The notes below the pieces were generated by a model, which was not told the origin of the DNA, did no database searches, and worked only from the letters and a program-made list of their open reading frames with translations. A stretch of DNA of 64,000 nt from Mobula hypostoma (lineage: Eukaryota): the NCBI RefSeq assembly GCF_963921235.1, contig NC_086097.1, forward strand, positions 99,822,001-99,886,000. Reading direction: 5' to 3'. Positions 38,721 to 52,624 of the stretch are shown in pieces. How positions within the stretch are numbered: the first letter of the stretch is position 1; each line of letters opens with the position of its first letter. Both the position numbers and the translations under genes were made by a program.

Positions 38721-40626
38721 CAGCTCTGGCAGTTGTATAAAACATTCTACAAATTATAGCAAGCCTATGTGAAATAATACAACGTGAGTAGCTATAAAAG
38801 CAGATGTTTCTAACCGAAGGAGAAATAGGCTTACCAACAATTGTCAGGAACACTGAGACTGCCAATCATCTCAAAAAATGTAGCATCTCACACTTGTCTG
38901 GAATACATACCATTAGCCATTTCTTAATCCAAACTTCGAACTGATCTATATCCTGCTGTATCCATTCACAACTGTCTATAACTCCAATTCTCATATCAGC
39001 TACAAATTTCCATTCAAGTGTGTGCATGGGCATGGGATCCCAGCACTAAATCCATGCGAATCACCATTGATCACAGACCTCCAGTCAGAAAAGCATCCTT
39101 CCACCTCTACCTAGTCTTCAAAATTCAAGTGAATTTTGGAACTAATTTCCTAACTTGTGACTTAATTTTTTGAACAAAAGTCTTGGGAATAAATGACAGA
39201 AGAAACTTAAGTCTATTATTGTTGAGGGTGTCCACGTATATCCTGGTCTTTAGTGTAAATTATCTGGGTCCAACTTGACTGGAAACCATACTATATTACA
39301 TTGTCACTGCACAAATACGGGTGGACCTGCCCATCAACATTTGCCATCATGTATGCACTTCCACATACATATTAAGCTCATGCTCACATCCTTGCTGTCT
39401 CTACCTTGTCCTTCCATTTGAACCTTCTTTACTTAGACTTCTCATTTCTCCTTGTTCAATATCTCTCCCTACCCAAGTTTCTCCCAGCTTCCGATTAACC
39501 CTTACCCTTCTTGCCCTCTTTCTTGTATCCTGTCATTTGGTGCAAATTATTACAGAAGAGTAAGGAAGGATGAAAGGCAACATCTCTGTACACTCTTGGT
39601 CACTCTGAGATCATCTTTATTGACCACAATGGTTGGAAAAAAACAGCCATCTTACAGCCTGCAGATTCAACAGTACCCAAGTCCAGCTGAGCAACTTCTC
39701 TCCAGTCCCAGTTCTGCGCAGTCTGAAAAACAGCAGAAATCCCTTCAGGTTTCCCCATGTCTGGGCGAATAATGCCTGTAGCTTTCAAAGAAATCAACCA
39801 TGGGCTTGTCATTAGTACAAGTGAACAATTCTATTCCACAGCAAACCACCCAAAATTATTCTATGCTGTCAACCTTGACCAAGAATGTTGAAGAGGCCTT
39901 GTGACGAATGAAAAACAAAAAGGCCTGGCAGGTGGTATCACTAGTAAGTAAGAGGTGTCAGAGAGCTGCTGTTTGGCCTCAGTGAGGTAGTGGTCCGTCC
40001 ACCAGACTACTACGGCGCCACCTTTGTCTGTGGGTTTGATGGTGAGGTTGACTAAGTTCTAACATTTAACAGAAATGAACTTGAATATCAACCCACAAAC
40101 TCATCTCTTATGTCTTTGATGAGGAAGACATGGCTCATGTCCTCAATCACAACTGCAATCATCTTCAAGAATGGTAACAAATCTGAGTGTGCCAACTAGG
40201 AAGAAGCTGTGCTGCTTTCTGTAAAGGGGAAGATTGTTGCCACGAATGCTGTTCCAGTAAAATACAGCTACACGGATGGATCCTGTCCATCTGGAACACT
40301 GGTACATACAATATACACTTTGCAGCCACATTCACAATAACCAGGAGACACATGACTAGTGTATGCCCTTCCAAAATCACAAATACAATCAAACTAAATA
40401 TCAAAGTCAAGTTTAATTTCATATACACAAGTATGCATATGCACAGGTGCACTAAAAAACTTTCTTGCAATAGCATCACAGTCACATTACATCATATAAG
40501 CAGCATTCACGAGAAAAATAAATTATACACAATTTTTACAAAAAATTCATTTTAGTGAAAAGTGGTTAAAGCGCTGCTTAAATGCTGTTTAAACTTTTAG
40601 TGCAGAAATGGTGCCGGTAAGTGGTG

Positions 40627-43287
40627 CGCACAACACCACTCTATCCCTCATTCCCCCCCATTCCTCTAATTCCTCATCCTCCCCTAACCCTGCTCTCCCT
40701 GAACATCCTAACCCCCCTCCCTCCTGAGACCTCCAACTTTTTACCCTACTCTGACCCCAGCCCCAACCCATGCCGTGTCTTCACCAACCCCTCTGACCTT
40801 CCCCTCTCTGAGGTAGAACATTCTGTCCTTAACAAGGGCCTCACTTTTGTCCCCCTCCGTCCACACCTCAGTGAGTTCCATGCCCACCATGACGCTGAAC
40901 TCTTCTTCCATCGCCTACGTCTCCAAGCCTACTTCTTTGGCAAGGATTCCCCTCCCCCAACTGATAACCCCCTTCTCCCGTCTTCAACCCTCCTCCTCCT
41001 GGACACCCCGCCCAGGCCTTCTACCTGCCCTCAATCTTTTCATCTCCAACTGTCGCCGAGACATCAACCGTCTCAATTTCACCACTCCTCTCTCCTGTTC
41101 CAACCTCACTCCCTCCGAATGCACTGCCCTCCACTCTCTCTGCACTAATCCCAACCTCACCATCAAACCTGCAGACAAAGGTAGCACTGTAGTAGTCTGG
41201 CGGACGGACCTCTACCTCACTGAGGCCAAACGGCAGCTGACACCTCCTCTTACTTACCCCTGGAACAGGACCCCACCAAAAAACATCAAACCATTGTCTC
41301 CCGTACCATCACCGCCCTTATCAACTCCGGAGTCTTTCCATCCTCCGCCGCTAATCTCATATTTCCCACACCCCGTACCGCTTGGTTTTACCTCCTCCCC
41401 AAGATTCACAAGCTTGACTGTCCTGGAAGACCCATAGTTTCTGCCTGCTCCTGCCCCACTGAACTTGTATCTGCCTATTTGGACTCCATTTTGTCACCCA
41501 TAGTTCAGTTCCTCCCCACCTACATCCGGGATACATCCCATGCCCTCCACCTCTTCAATGACTTCCAGTTCCCCGGTCCCGACGGCTTCATTTTCACTAT
41601 GGATGTCCACTCCTTATACACTTCCATTCCCCATCAAGAAGGCCTCAAAGCCCTCCGCTACTCTCTGGACAATAGACCTCACCAGTTCCCCACCACCACT
41701 ACCCTCCTCTGGTTGGAAGAACTGGTACTCACACTTAATAACTTCTCTTTTGGCTCTTCCCACTTTCTTCAGACCAAGGGTGTAGCTATGGGCACTCGCA
41801 TGGGCCCCAGCTATGCCTGCCTCTTTGTTGGTTATATGGAACAGACTATGCTCCAAACCTTTACTGGTACTGCTCCCCAACTTTTCCTTCGCTACATTGG
41901 TGCTGCTTCCTGCACCCATGCTGAGCTCGTCAATTTCATCGACTTTGCTTCTAACTTCCACCCAGACCTCAAATTCACTTGGTCCATCTCGGACACCTCT
42001 CTCCCCTTTCTCAATCTCTCGGTCTCCATCTCTGGAGATAGACTGTCCACTAACATCCTCTATAAGCCCACTGACTCTTATAACTACCTCGACTATACCT
42101 CTTCCCACCCTGCCACATGCAAAAATGCCATTCCCTATTCCCAGTTCCTCTGTCTCCGCTGCATCTGCCCCCAGGATGAGACTTTCTGTTCCAGGACATC
42201 TCAAATATCCTCTTTCTTTAAGGATCGTGGTTTCCCTTCTGCCGCCACCAATGATGCCCTCACCCGCATCTCCTTCATTTCCCGCACTTTGGCCCTCACC
42301 CCATCCTCCTGTCACCACAACAGTGACAGAGTTCCCCTTGTCCTCACCTACCACCCCACCAGCCTCCGGATCCAGCACATTATCCTCCACCACCTTCAAG
42401 AGGACCCCACCGCTAAGCATATCTTTCCCTCTCTACCCCTCTCCGCAGGAATCATTCCCTCTGCGACTCCCTGGTCCACAGGTCCCTCCCCACGGATCTC
42501 CCACCTGGCACTTATCCTTGCAAGCTTAAGTTCTACATCTCCTTTCTCACCACCATTCAGGGCCCCAAACAGTCCTTCCAGGTGAGGCAACACTTCACTT
42601 ATGAGCCTGCTGAGGTCACCTATTGCATCCGGTGCTCACGGTGCAGCCTCCTCTACATCGGTGAGACCGGACGACGATTGGGGGACCGCTTCGTCGAGCA
42701 CCTCCGCTCCATCCGCCACAACAGACAGGATCTCCCGGTTGCCACCCACTTCAACTCTGCTTCACATTCCCATTCAGATATGTCCATACATGGCCTCTTT
42801 TACTGCCATGATGAGGTCAAACTCAGGTTGGAGGAGCAACACCTCATATACTGTCTGGGTAGTCTCCAGCCCCTTAGCATGAACACTGAATTCTCCAACT
42901 TCTGGTAATCCCCTTCCCCCATCCGTTTCATTCTGCCCCCTCCCCCAGCTGCCTATCACTTCCCTCATGGTTCCGCCTCCTTCTACTACCCATTGTGCTC
43001 CCCCCATTCCTTCTTCACCTTTCCTGCCTACCCCCTCCCTGCTCCCCCCCCCCACCCCTTGAACTTTCCCTTTACTGGTTTTTCACCTGGCACCTACCAG
43101 CCTTCTCCTTCCCACCCTCCCCCCACCTTCTTTATAGGGCCCCTGACCCCTCCCTCTTCAGTCCTGACAAAGGGTCTCCGCCTGAAACGTTAACTGTTCG
43201 TTTCCACGGATGCTGCCCGACCTGCTGAGTTCCTCCAGCGTGTTGTGCATGTTGTTTTGACCCCAGCATCTGCAGAGTATTTTGTGT
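40627..43287 (+). mobile_element. Penelope-like retroelement (RT plus GIY-YIG endonuclease), frameshifted
   Basis: IKPADKG, FTMDVHSLYTSIPH, QTKGVAMGTRMGPSYACLF, YCIRCSRCSLLYIGETGRRLGDRFVEH; hammerhead-like tail 43159-43196; 15-bp TSD with one mismatch (40612-40626, 43288-43302). Confidence 0.95.
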
Positions 43288-43974
43288 TGCCGATAAGTGG
43301 TGACTGTTTGCTTGCAGCTCCGATGGGAATCATTAAGACCTATTTAGGACTACTACAGTTAAATCCACTATCACAGCCATGGGTACTTCAGTAAGCACAT
43401 CGTTTTAAGATGCTAAAAACATCTATCAATACTCAAAATCAGTGAATCTTGGACTGCATTCTTGGGTTGCGAGTGCAGCTCATCTTGACAAAAATGGAAG
43501 CGGGGAAGGTGTGCTGGTCTATAGGTGCGATTGAAATGCAGAAGCCTTAAACTTGCACTCCTGACTCCAGAGGGACATCAGGAACTGCTATGTACATTGC
43601 CTCACAGAGACATGGCTGACCACCATTTTAGATGCAGCACTGAAGCCCAAAGGCTTCACAATTGTCTGCAGACTCTAAAGGTGAGTTTTCTACAGGTAGA
43701 GGAGGTGGAATGTTGAAAGGCCTTGATAATTTGGATGTGGAGATGATGTTTGGAAGAGCCTAGGACCAGAGGGCACAGCCTCAGAATAGAGGAGTGTCCT
43801 TTTACAGCAGAGATGAGGAGATATTTCGAGTGGTGAATCTGTTGCCAAAGGCAACTATGGAGGCCAAGTCTTTACGAATATTTAAGGAAAAAGTTGGATC
43901 AGCCATGATGAAATGGCGGGGCAGGCTCAAAAGGCCAAATGGCCTAATTCTGCTCCTATATCGCATGGAATATG

Positions 43975-46100
43975 CTTTATGATGAACTCAGAGGTGCACA
44001 GACGTGGTGGTTCTGCCTCAATTCTGTTCACCTGAACTGAAACATCTAGCAGCCAAGTGTCATTCATTTTATCTGCTCAGAGTGATTTCTGACATCACCC
44101 TGGAGCGGAGTATATTCCACCTCTGCCCAACCTCATGCAGGTACTGGAGGAGTTGAGCACTGATCAGCAGTAACTAAACTGTGCACCTGGATGCTTTCCT
44201 TAACATTGCGGGAAATCTCAACCAGGCCAGCTTGAGGAAATCTCTGAACAACTACCAACACATTAACTACCATTACACCAAAAATCATGAATGTTTACTG
44301 TACCACCCCACACCCACACTTTGGAAAGTCTGATCACCTGGCTGTACTTCTACTCCTGGCGTATAGGCAGAAACTAAAATCCATAGCACCAATGGTGAGG
44401 GCCACGGTATGGTGAAAGGAGGCAGAGGAGTGCTTATAGGACTGCATTCAGTCAGTGTTCTGAACAATATTCAAGGACCCATCTTTGAATCTGAATGAAT
44501 ATGACACAGTTGTCACATCAAGACCCGCGTGTATGAGTGTGTGCCTTCGAGAACAAGCAGACAGAACCAAAACAAAACCAGATCTGTAGTCTGCTGAGGG
44601 CTAGATATGTGGCATTCAAGATCTGTGATCCAGAACCAAACAGGAAGTCCAGGAATGACCTATGGGAGGCTATTTTAAGAGCAAGAAAACAATTCTGATT
44701 TAAGTTAGAGATGGAATTGGATGCATGTCAGCTCTGGCAGGGTTTGCAGGCCATTACTTCTTACAAGGCGAAACCTAACATCATAAATGCCTGTAATTCT
44801 TCATTCCCAGGAGCACACTGCCTTTTATGCACACTTTGAAAGGGAGAATAAAATGACACTAGTGCAGATCCCTGCAACATCCGATGACCGTGATCTTTGT
44901 CTCAGATCCTGATGTCAGAAGAACTTTCAAAAGGGTAAATCCTTATAAGTCGTCAGTCTGTGATGGTGTACATGTAAAGGCACTGAAAACCCGAGTGTTC
45001 AAGGACATCTCACTGCTGCATTCAAAAGGCCCACCTGCTTCAAAAGGGTGACAATCATACCAGTGCCCAAGAGCAGGGTGAGCTGCCTCAACAACTATCA
45101 CATCTACTGTAATGAAGGGCTTTAAGAGGTTGCCATGGCCAGAATAAACTCCTGCACTCTGGCCTCAGCAAGGACCTGGACCCACTGCAATTTGCCTATC
45201 GCCATAACAGGTCTACAGTGGATACAATCCCACTGGCTCTCTGCTAGGCCTTACATCACCAACAGCAATACCTACATCAGGCTGCTGCTTATTAATCACA
45301 GTTCAGATCATACCCTCAGCTCTAATCAACAAGCTCCAAAACCTGAGTTTCTGTCCACAAATGGATCATTGACTTCCTCACAGGGAAACCAGCCACATCT
45401 CCTCACTGACCATCAACACTAGCGCACATCGAGGATTATTGCTTAACACACTGGTTTACTCCCTTAACACTCACGACTGTGCAGCTAGACATAGCTCAAA
45501 AGCCATCTAGAAATTTGCTGATGACACAACCATTGTTTACAGAATTTCAGATGGTGATGAGGCAACATACAGGAGTGTGATAGATGAGCTGGTTGATTGG
45601 TGTGGCACCAATACCTTGCACTCAATGCCAGTAAGACCAAAGAATTGATTGTGGATTCAGGAAGGGGGAAACACACACTCTCTGATCGAGAGATCAGAGG
45701 TTGAAGGGGGTGAGCAGTTTCAAGTTCCTGGGTGTCAACCTCTCTGAAGATCTATCCTGGGCCCAATATTTTGATGCAATTACAAAGAAGGCATGACAGC
45801 AGCTATATTTCATTAGGAGTCTGAAGAGACCAAAGACAATCACAATTTCTACAGATATAAGCTGGAGAGCATTCTAACTGGTATGGAGGGGCCATTACGC
45901 AGGAGCAGAAAGGCTTCAGAAAGTTGTAAACTCCATCATGGGCACTATTCTCCCCAGCATCCAGGACACCTTCAAAAGACGATGCCTCAAAAAGGTGACA
46001 TCATTAAGGACCCCACCACCTAGGACATACCCTCTTCTCATCGCTACCATCAAGGATTTTAGGAACAACTTCTTCCTCTCTGCCATCAGATTTCAAAATA
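43975..46100 (+). mobile_element. Decayed, long Rex1/Babar-like LINE ORF
   Basis: APE remnant, LDPLQFAY-like and KFADDTT segments, colinear with the other copies. Confidence 0.8.
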
Positions 46101-47277
46101 GACAAAATTTCCAACAAGAAACGAGGACAAAGAGCTAGAAACCATATGCAAAAAGCCACAAATGGCTTGAGATCCTCCACTGAGCATCAAAGATCAATGC
46201 ACACAATGGAAAAAGATCTTCAACTCCAGCTCCACAAAGGAGGAACATCAATTGCCTCTCTTTTCATCTCCAAAAACCTTTGGCTGAATCAGGAGCAACT
46301 TATCCTTCTCAAATTCAGCTGCCTCAGAACTTTATTCCCACAATACGTTGCAATGCACAAGCCACAGATTTCATTAACGAGTTCACAAATAAATCTCAAG
46401 GCAGACTGGTGTTTAGTTGACCAAATATCCATCTCACTATTGTTTCTATATTGTACCTTGCTTCTAAATTTCCAACTGCAATGGAAAAACTAGAAACTGT
46501 TCAATTTCAGCACGTCCACACAAGAAATGTTTCTCCACTCTTGGTCACTGAACTGACAGACAGGCCTCACTGTTCACACCAAACATACACTCTACTTTAG
46601 GCTCCAGGCAACAGATTTCCAATTTGACAGAGTGGAAGTCTTCACATTGGTCTCATCAGCCATTTTTCAGGACTCAAAAACTGCAGAGGAAGCCAGTCAC
46701 CCTCAAGGATGAAGGTCATAAATTTGATGCACTAGAACTCTATATTTGTTACTTCTACTGAAACACCATCTTGAAAATCATTCCCCAATGCAGCCTACTT
46801 TCCTGTAATATTTTATAGATCAAGCTCTGCTCTTACAAAATTATGATCTCATTTATCATCTACAATCCTGTTTCCATACTCTCAGTGATACAATGGTATA
46901 AATGTTCACGTTGATCAAATTAACCAGAAACAACACAAATTTCATTTCTCTCCCTCTCCCGTCACTGAATAAAGTTAATTTGTAAGGACTAGTCTGTTTT
47001 TCTTGATGTAGACAAAAGCGAAACATCTGACAAAGCAATTCACATTTGTTGCAGTAAATCGTTCTCCACTGCCATAAACTTTTACTCCAGCGTATCATTC
47101 GTGTGTGATACGTTTGAAAAGTCTGACTTGGGTTCACAAATGACACTTCGTCACTCACGTCTTATTATATGTAAATACTGACAAAATAATGTGGGGAAGG
47201 ATAGGGATCGAATTGAGCCAGGTTTCACCGTAGGAACGTTAATTCCGTGAACCTTTCAATACTGTGGCAACAGCAAA

Positions 47278-47287
47278 CAAAATGGCG
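47278..47287 (+). promoter_or_regulatory. YY1-like motif CAAAATGGCG in intron 1
   Basis: Close match to the YY1 consensus, ~0.6 kb into intron 1. Confidence 0.4.
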
Positions 47288-47858
47288 AAATGCTTAGTCC
47301 CAATTAGGGGAAAAAAAACTTTTCTGTCGCATTAAAGAGTGCGGGACTAAAAATACAAAGCACTTTTAATCGAGTTCTAACTACAATTAAAATGAATGTT
47401 TATATTGTTTTTATAAGACAAGTAAGGGCAGGCACACCGGCAAGAAAAAAAACTAATATGTAAGTAAGGGCAGCCACGGCTCTGAAAATAAGCGATACGT
47501 CTGCAGACACCCGCATCCCTGACCAAACCTTGTCTCGAATGAACCGACAAGCAGTGCCGCTGTCGGTCAGGACGAAACGTTTTTTTGGGGTGGGGAGTTC
47601 ATTCCCCGGCGGCCGGGAGTCGCGAGGCCCATTCTCCGCCAGTTTAGCGGTGCCTCCTCAGACAGTAGCCACTATGGAAAAGCTGTTCGTCGGGCTTGAG
47701 GAGGAGCCTGGGCCTGAGGCCGAGTTCGGGCCCGGGACTGCAAAGCCCATCCCCCACGACTCTTCGCACTCGCGGCTCCAACCCAACCCTCAGCCCGACC
47801 AGGAACCCAGCTCGTAGCAATACAATCACACCATCTCTACCCCCACCGCCAGACTTAC

Positions 47859-47980
47859 CGGTGCGGACTGACCCGATCTACGAAGAAAGTGTGGCTGCTG
47901 CAACGATGCAGTGGCCTGTTCACGGTGTGCAGCGGCGCCACTCCCGGCCTTCGCACTGCCTCGCTCCCGGAACAACAGCG
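47859..47980 (-). other. RBM25: RBM25 putative non-coding exon 1 (5' UTR); TSS approximate
   Basis: Strong donor CCG|GTAAGT (intron starts 47858) inside the only CpG island in the window; no ATG in the exon; nearest plausible first exon upstream of the ATG exon. Confidence 0.7.
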
Positions 47981-48196
47981 CCAGCCCGCGCACGTAGCCG
48001 AACGCCTGCCGCACGCCTGCGTCACGCCGCCAGCCCGCGCGCGTAGCCGCACGCCTGCGTCACGCCGCCAGACCGCGCGCGTAGCCGCACGCCTGCGTCA
48101 CGCCGCCAGACCGCGCGCGTAGCCGCACGCCTGCGTCACGCCGCCAGACCGCGCACATAGCGGCACGCCTGCGTCACGCCGTCAGCCCGCGCACGC
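47979..48196. repeat. 38-bp GC-rich minisatellite, 5 copies plus a partial, in the proximal promoter
   Basis: Unit GCACGCCTGCGTCACGCCGCCAG(A/C)CCGCGCGCGTAGCC starting at 48011, 48049, 48087, 48125, 48163. Confidence 0.95.
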
Positions 48197-49239
48197 AGAT
48201 TGCGTCCTGGTAGTAGTCCGTGACTCCAAGTGGTATTCGCTGTCTCCTTGTTTTCTTCGCGCCCGTTTCTCTCATGCTTTGATTTATTTTGCTGTTCGCT
48301 CTACGTCGTGAGCGGGGACACAGGGAGAAGGGTTTGTTTCATTACTTGGGCAACGTGCATGCACCCCTTCAAAATTCCAGATGTTACTGCCATTAATACT
48401 GAGGTTATCCTAAACCTGACACCCACCATGACCCCAAATTTGCACATTCACACCTTCTTCCTAAAAGCCCCATCAACCTCAGCCCTCCCTTACCTCTGTT
48501 ATCGCCTCTCCACCCCCAGGATTTCCCGCATGAGGTCTGCAAACCTCATTCCTTCAACCCTCTTTTATATTGCTATGAATTATTATTCCAATTACTTCAG
48601 TTCGGCAGTCACATCCCAATTGTCCACATATGGAAACTTGTAGCTCAGTAATGAGAAATCTATCAGTCAAACGTTGGTTTGACCCAAGAGCATTGAGCAG
48701 AGGAGTCCTGGCTAATACTCCACTCTGCGTCTGGCACTCAGCTGCAGTGAGCATCCCATTAGAGTGCCAAACTCTTGTGAACAAACTCATTCAGAATTGC
48801 CAATGGCTCTGCTCCAGGAAAGTTGAGTGGAATCCTTGGGTGAAGGAAATATAAGAGCAGATGTATTCCCTCACTGCCAATCACCCACATATAAGTTAGG
48901 ACCATACATATCGAGAAAAGATAGCTCGCAACACGGTTAAATTGTGCCAAGTCTTCAATCAGCTGCAAATTATAGTGACAGTATTAAAAAAAATACAGGA
49001 AGTACCAACTTAGGCAGAATTTGTGGGGACACAGAATTAACATTTTAGATGGATAACCTTTTATTGGAAACTTTAAATTCTGTTTCTCTTTTCCTTAGTG
49101 CTGAATGATCATCTGATTATTTTCAGCATTATTCATTTTATTTCAAATTTCCAGCATCTTCCATAGAATTTTCCATTCTAATTTTCTTGCCTTTGAAATC
49201 CAAAGTCCATGATGACTGATCAATTATTGGGATAGTGGG

Positions 49240-49755
49240 CATTGTAACAAATTGGATAGTGACAGGTTGACTCTTTGGGTTTTGGCAGGTTCAGTGTCAC
49301 TGTTTGGTTAATGTCAGGTTTGGTGTTTATGGATTGATGTTGACAGATTCATTATTGATAAGTTTGGTGTTTGCAGGTTCAATGTTGGCAAGTTGAGTGT
49401 TGACAGGTTGGGTTTTGACAGAGTGTTGATTGTTGACAGGTTGGTGCTTATGGGATTGGGTGTTTACTGGTTAGGTGTTTACCGGTTGGATGTCGACAAG
49501 TTGGATGTTTATGGGATTGGGTGTTTACAGGTTGGGTGTTGACAGGTTGGATGTTTATGGGATTGGGTGTTTACTGGTTGGGTGTTTACCGGTTGGATGT
49601 TTACTGGTTGAGTGTTTTGGGTGTTTATGGGTTGGGTGTTGACAGGTTGGATGTTTATGGGATTGGGTGTTTACTGGTTGGGTGTTTTGGATGGGTTGGG
49701 TGTTGACAGGTTGGATGTTTGTGGGTTTGGGTGTTGACAAATTGGGTTTTGACTG
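49240..49755. repeat. G/T-rich degenerate minisatellite with 15-16-bp units
   Basis: Alternating GGGTGTTTACTGGTT / GGGTGTTGACAGGTT / GGATGTTTATGGGATT units. Confidence 0.85.
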
Positions 49756-49759
49756 TTGC

Positions 49760-50910
49760 GTTTTAAAACTAATCAGTAAACTGCAAGACCAGGGGTTTAA
49801 TACCCCCTTGTGCAATTGGATCCTGGATTTCCTCATTTGTAGACCCAGTCCATTCGGACTGGTAAAAGCGTTTCCTCCACAGTCTCCATCAGTACAGGAG
49901 CACCGCAGGGATGTGTACTTAGCCCCCTGCTCTACTTGCTTTACACCCATGACAGTGTGGCTAAGTACAGCTCCAATACCATATACAAGTTTGCTGATGA
50001 CACTATGGTTGTGGCTGTATCAAAGCTGGTGATGAATCAGCATACAAGAGGGAGATTGAAAATTTGGTTGAGTGGTGTAATAACAACAACCTCTCATTCA
50101 ATGTCAGTAAGACCAAGGAACTGATTGTAGACTTCAGGAGGGGGAAACCAGAGTCCATGAGCCAGTAATCATCAGAGGTGGAGAGGGTCAGTAACTTTAA
50201 CTTCCTGTGTGTCACTATCTCAGTGGACCTGTACTGGACCCATCATATAAATACAAAAGTATAATTGCGAAGGAAACACAATAGAGCCTCTACTTCCTCA
50301 GGAGTCTGCGGAGATTCGGTACGTCATCAAAAACCTTGGCAAACTTCTATAGATGTGTGGTGGAAAGATTGGCCGCAGTACAGCCTGGTACGGGAACACC
50401 AACGTCTTTGAGTGGAAAATCCTACAAAAGGTCGTGGGTTTGTCCCAGTACATCACAGGTAAAACCCTCCCAACCACTGAGCATGTGTACATGAAAAATT
50501 ACCATAGAAAAGCAGCATCGCATCCATCATCAAAGATCCTCACCACCCAGGCCATGCTCTTTTCCCACTGCTGCCATCAGGTAGAAGGTACAATTGCCTC
50601 AGGACTCACACCACCAGATTCAAGAACAATTACTACCCTCAACCATCAGGCTCTTGAACAAAAGGGTATAACTACACTCATTTAAGGACTCTTTTATCTT
50701 GATATTTTATGTTCATTATTTATTGCTATTTATTCACTATCTGCATTTGCACAGTTTGTTTACAGTTTCTGATGTTTACAGTTTACAGATGCTGTTTATA
50801 GTTACTGTTCTATAGATTTGCTAAATATGCCCATAGAGAAAGAATCTCTGGGTTGTATGTGGTGACATGTATGTACTCTGATAATAATTTTTACTTTGAT
50901 CTTTGAAATT
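49760..50910 (+). mobile_element. Rex1/Babar-like LINE 3' part
   Basis: LCNWILDFL, YTHD, YKFADDT; CTGATAATAATTTTTACTTTG tail. Confidence 0.85.
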
Positions 50911-51079
50911 TGAAACAAGACATTACTCACACAACACACACCCATATATTCATTGTATTCACACACAAACAGAAATATAATCACGTGCTTAAAAAGTACG
51001 TGTATACTCATCCACACTCACATACATGCACAGAATGTGCACACATGCATAAAAGTACAAACAGAGACTACATACACAC

Positions 51080-51670
51080 TCTGAGCCTGTTCTGCTGTCA
51101 ATGGTATCATCTCATTGAGGGGTCGGGTGAAAAGGGTAACCAGCTTCAAATTCCTGAATGTCAACATTTCAGAGGATATTTTCTGGGCTCAACACAGTTG
51201 ATGCTATCATAAAGAAGGCATATCATTGGTTCTATTTCATTAGGAGTCTGGGGAGTTTTGGTATGTCACCAATGACTCTTGGAAATTTCTGTAGATGTAT
51301 AGTGGAGAGCATTCTGATTAGTTGCATTATAGACTGATATGGAGACTCCAACCCCCAGGATCACAAGGGGCTCCAGAGAGTTGTAGATTCATCCAGCTCC
51401 ATTCTTCCTCACCATCAAATACACCCTTAAAGAAGTGGTGTTTCATCTCTAAAGACCTTTGCCATCCTGGACATATCCTCTTCTCATTACCACCATCAGG
51501 AAGGAGGCATAGCGGCCTGAAGACCCACAGTCAATGATTCTGTAACAGCTTCTTTCTCTCTGCCATCACTTTTCTACCTCTTTTTTTACACAATTTATTT
51601 TTGTAATTTATAGTACTTTGCCACAAAATAACAAATTTGATGCAAGTCAGTGATAATAAATCTGATTCTG
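51080..51670 (+). mobile_element. Older Rex1-like 3' fragment
   Basis: Same 3' motifs; GTGATAATAAATCTGATTCTGA tail. Confidence 0.65.
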
Positions 51671-52624
51671 ACTGATCAGATTTTTGCCTCAACTCCATCT
51701 TCTTGCTGTTCCTCTAAGTCCTTGACTCTCTTGGAGACTAAAAAATGTCATCTCAGCTTTGAGAATAACTTCAATAATTCCATCTCCATAGTTCACTGGA
51801 ATGGAGAATTCTAAGATTCTAGATCTATGAAATTCCTCCTCATCTATAATGTAAAATAATTACCCCACCAAACCCCCCAACCTGTGATAGACAGTGATGT
51901 TCTCTATTCATGGATATCCAATCTAAATTTTCAAGATCAAATAAAGTTTAAAGAAATGCTTGGAAATTGGGAACCGCAGTGATCGACTGCAAGAGGTGAT
52001 ATGTTAGATTGGCAGAATGAGAAGTCATGAGACAGGTGAAATTAAGTACAGACGTGTGTGACATGGTAGCATTTCTTAACATGAAGAAATAGCAATGACA
52101 CAATTCTGTAGAATGAACGAGAATAAAACTCCCCGGGTGTTTACGTAACTGTCAAAGTGACAGACTGCATGAAGAGCATAAAAAATTTTTGGGATTGTGG
52201 GATTCATAACTAGAGGCACAAAGGACAAAAGTATGGAAATTATATTGGACTATACCCAACACTGGTTGGACCTAACTGGAGTATTTCATCTGACTTAAGA
52301 AGAATGACTGTCATGGAGTAGATGTAGAAAAAAATTGCTGAAATGTTTCTAGGGTTGAAGAGTTTCAACCCCGAGGTTAGACTGGAGAAGTTTGTGTTGT
52401 TCCCAGATTTGGATTAGTGTAATGGTAAGGTGCAATGAAAATTTTTGCTCATGTGAAGTTCACAGCCTGAACAGTACACAAAGACAACAATAAATTCAGC
52501 AATAAGTGCAAAACAACACTGATGTAAAGTACAACCTAAGACTGGAACAACAGTAATGCGAGCTAAAGTCATGCAAAATAAAAGCTAAACTTTTGAGAAT
52601 GAAATAACGAAAGGAGGTAGAATT

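Larger units (their letters stand above)
47430..48320. promoter_or_regulatory. CpG island / RBM25 promoter
   Basis: Sharp rise in GC and CpG density against a CpG-depleted background; surrounds putative exon 1. Confidence 0.85.

Noticed and set aside
41614..42420. 268-aa minus-strand ORF
   Set aside because: Antisense shadow of the PLE RT frame
47530..48122. Several 60-116-aa ORFs in the CpG island
   Set aside because: Products of GC-rich, stop-poor sequence and the 38-bp repeat; no recognisable protein
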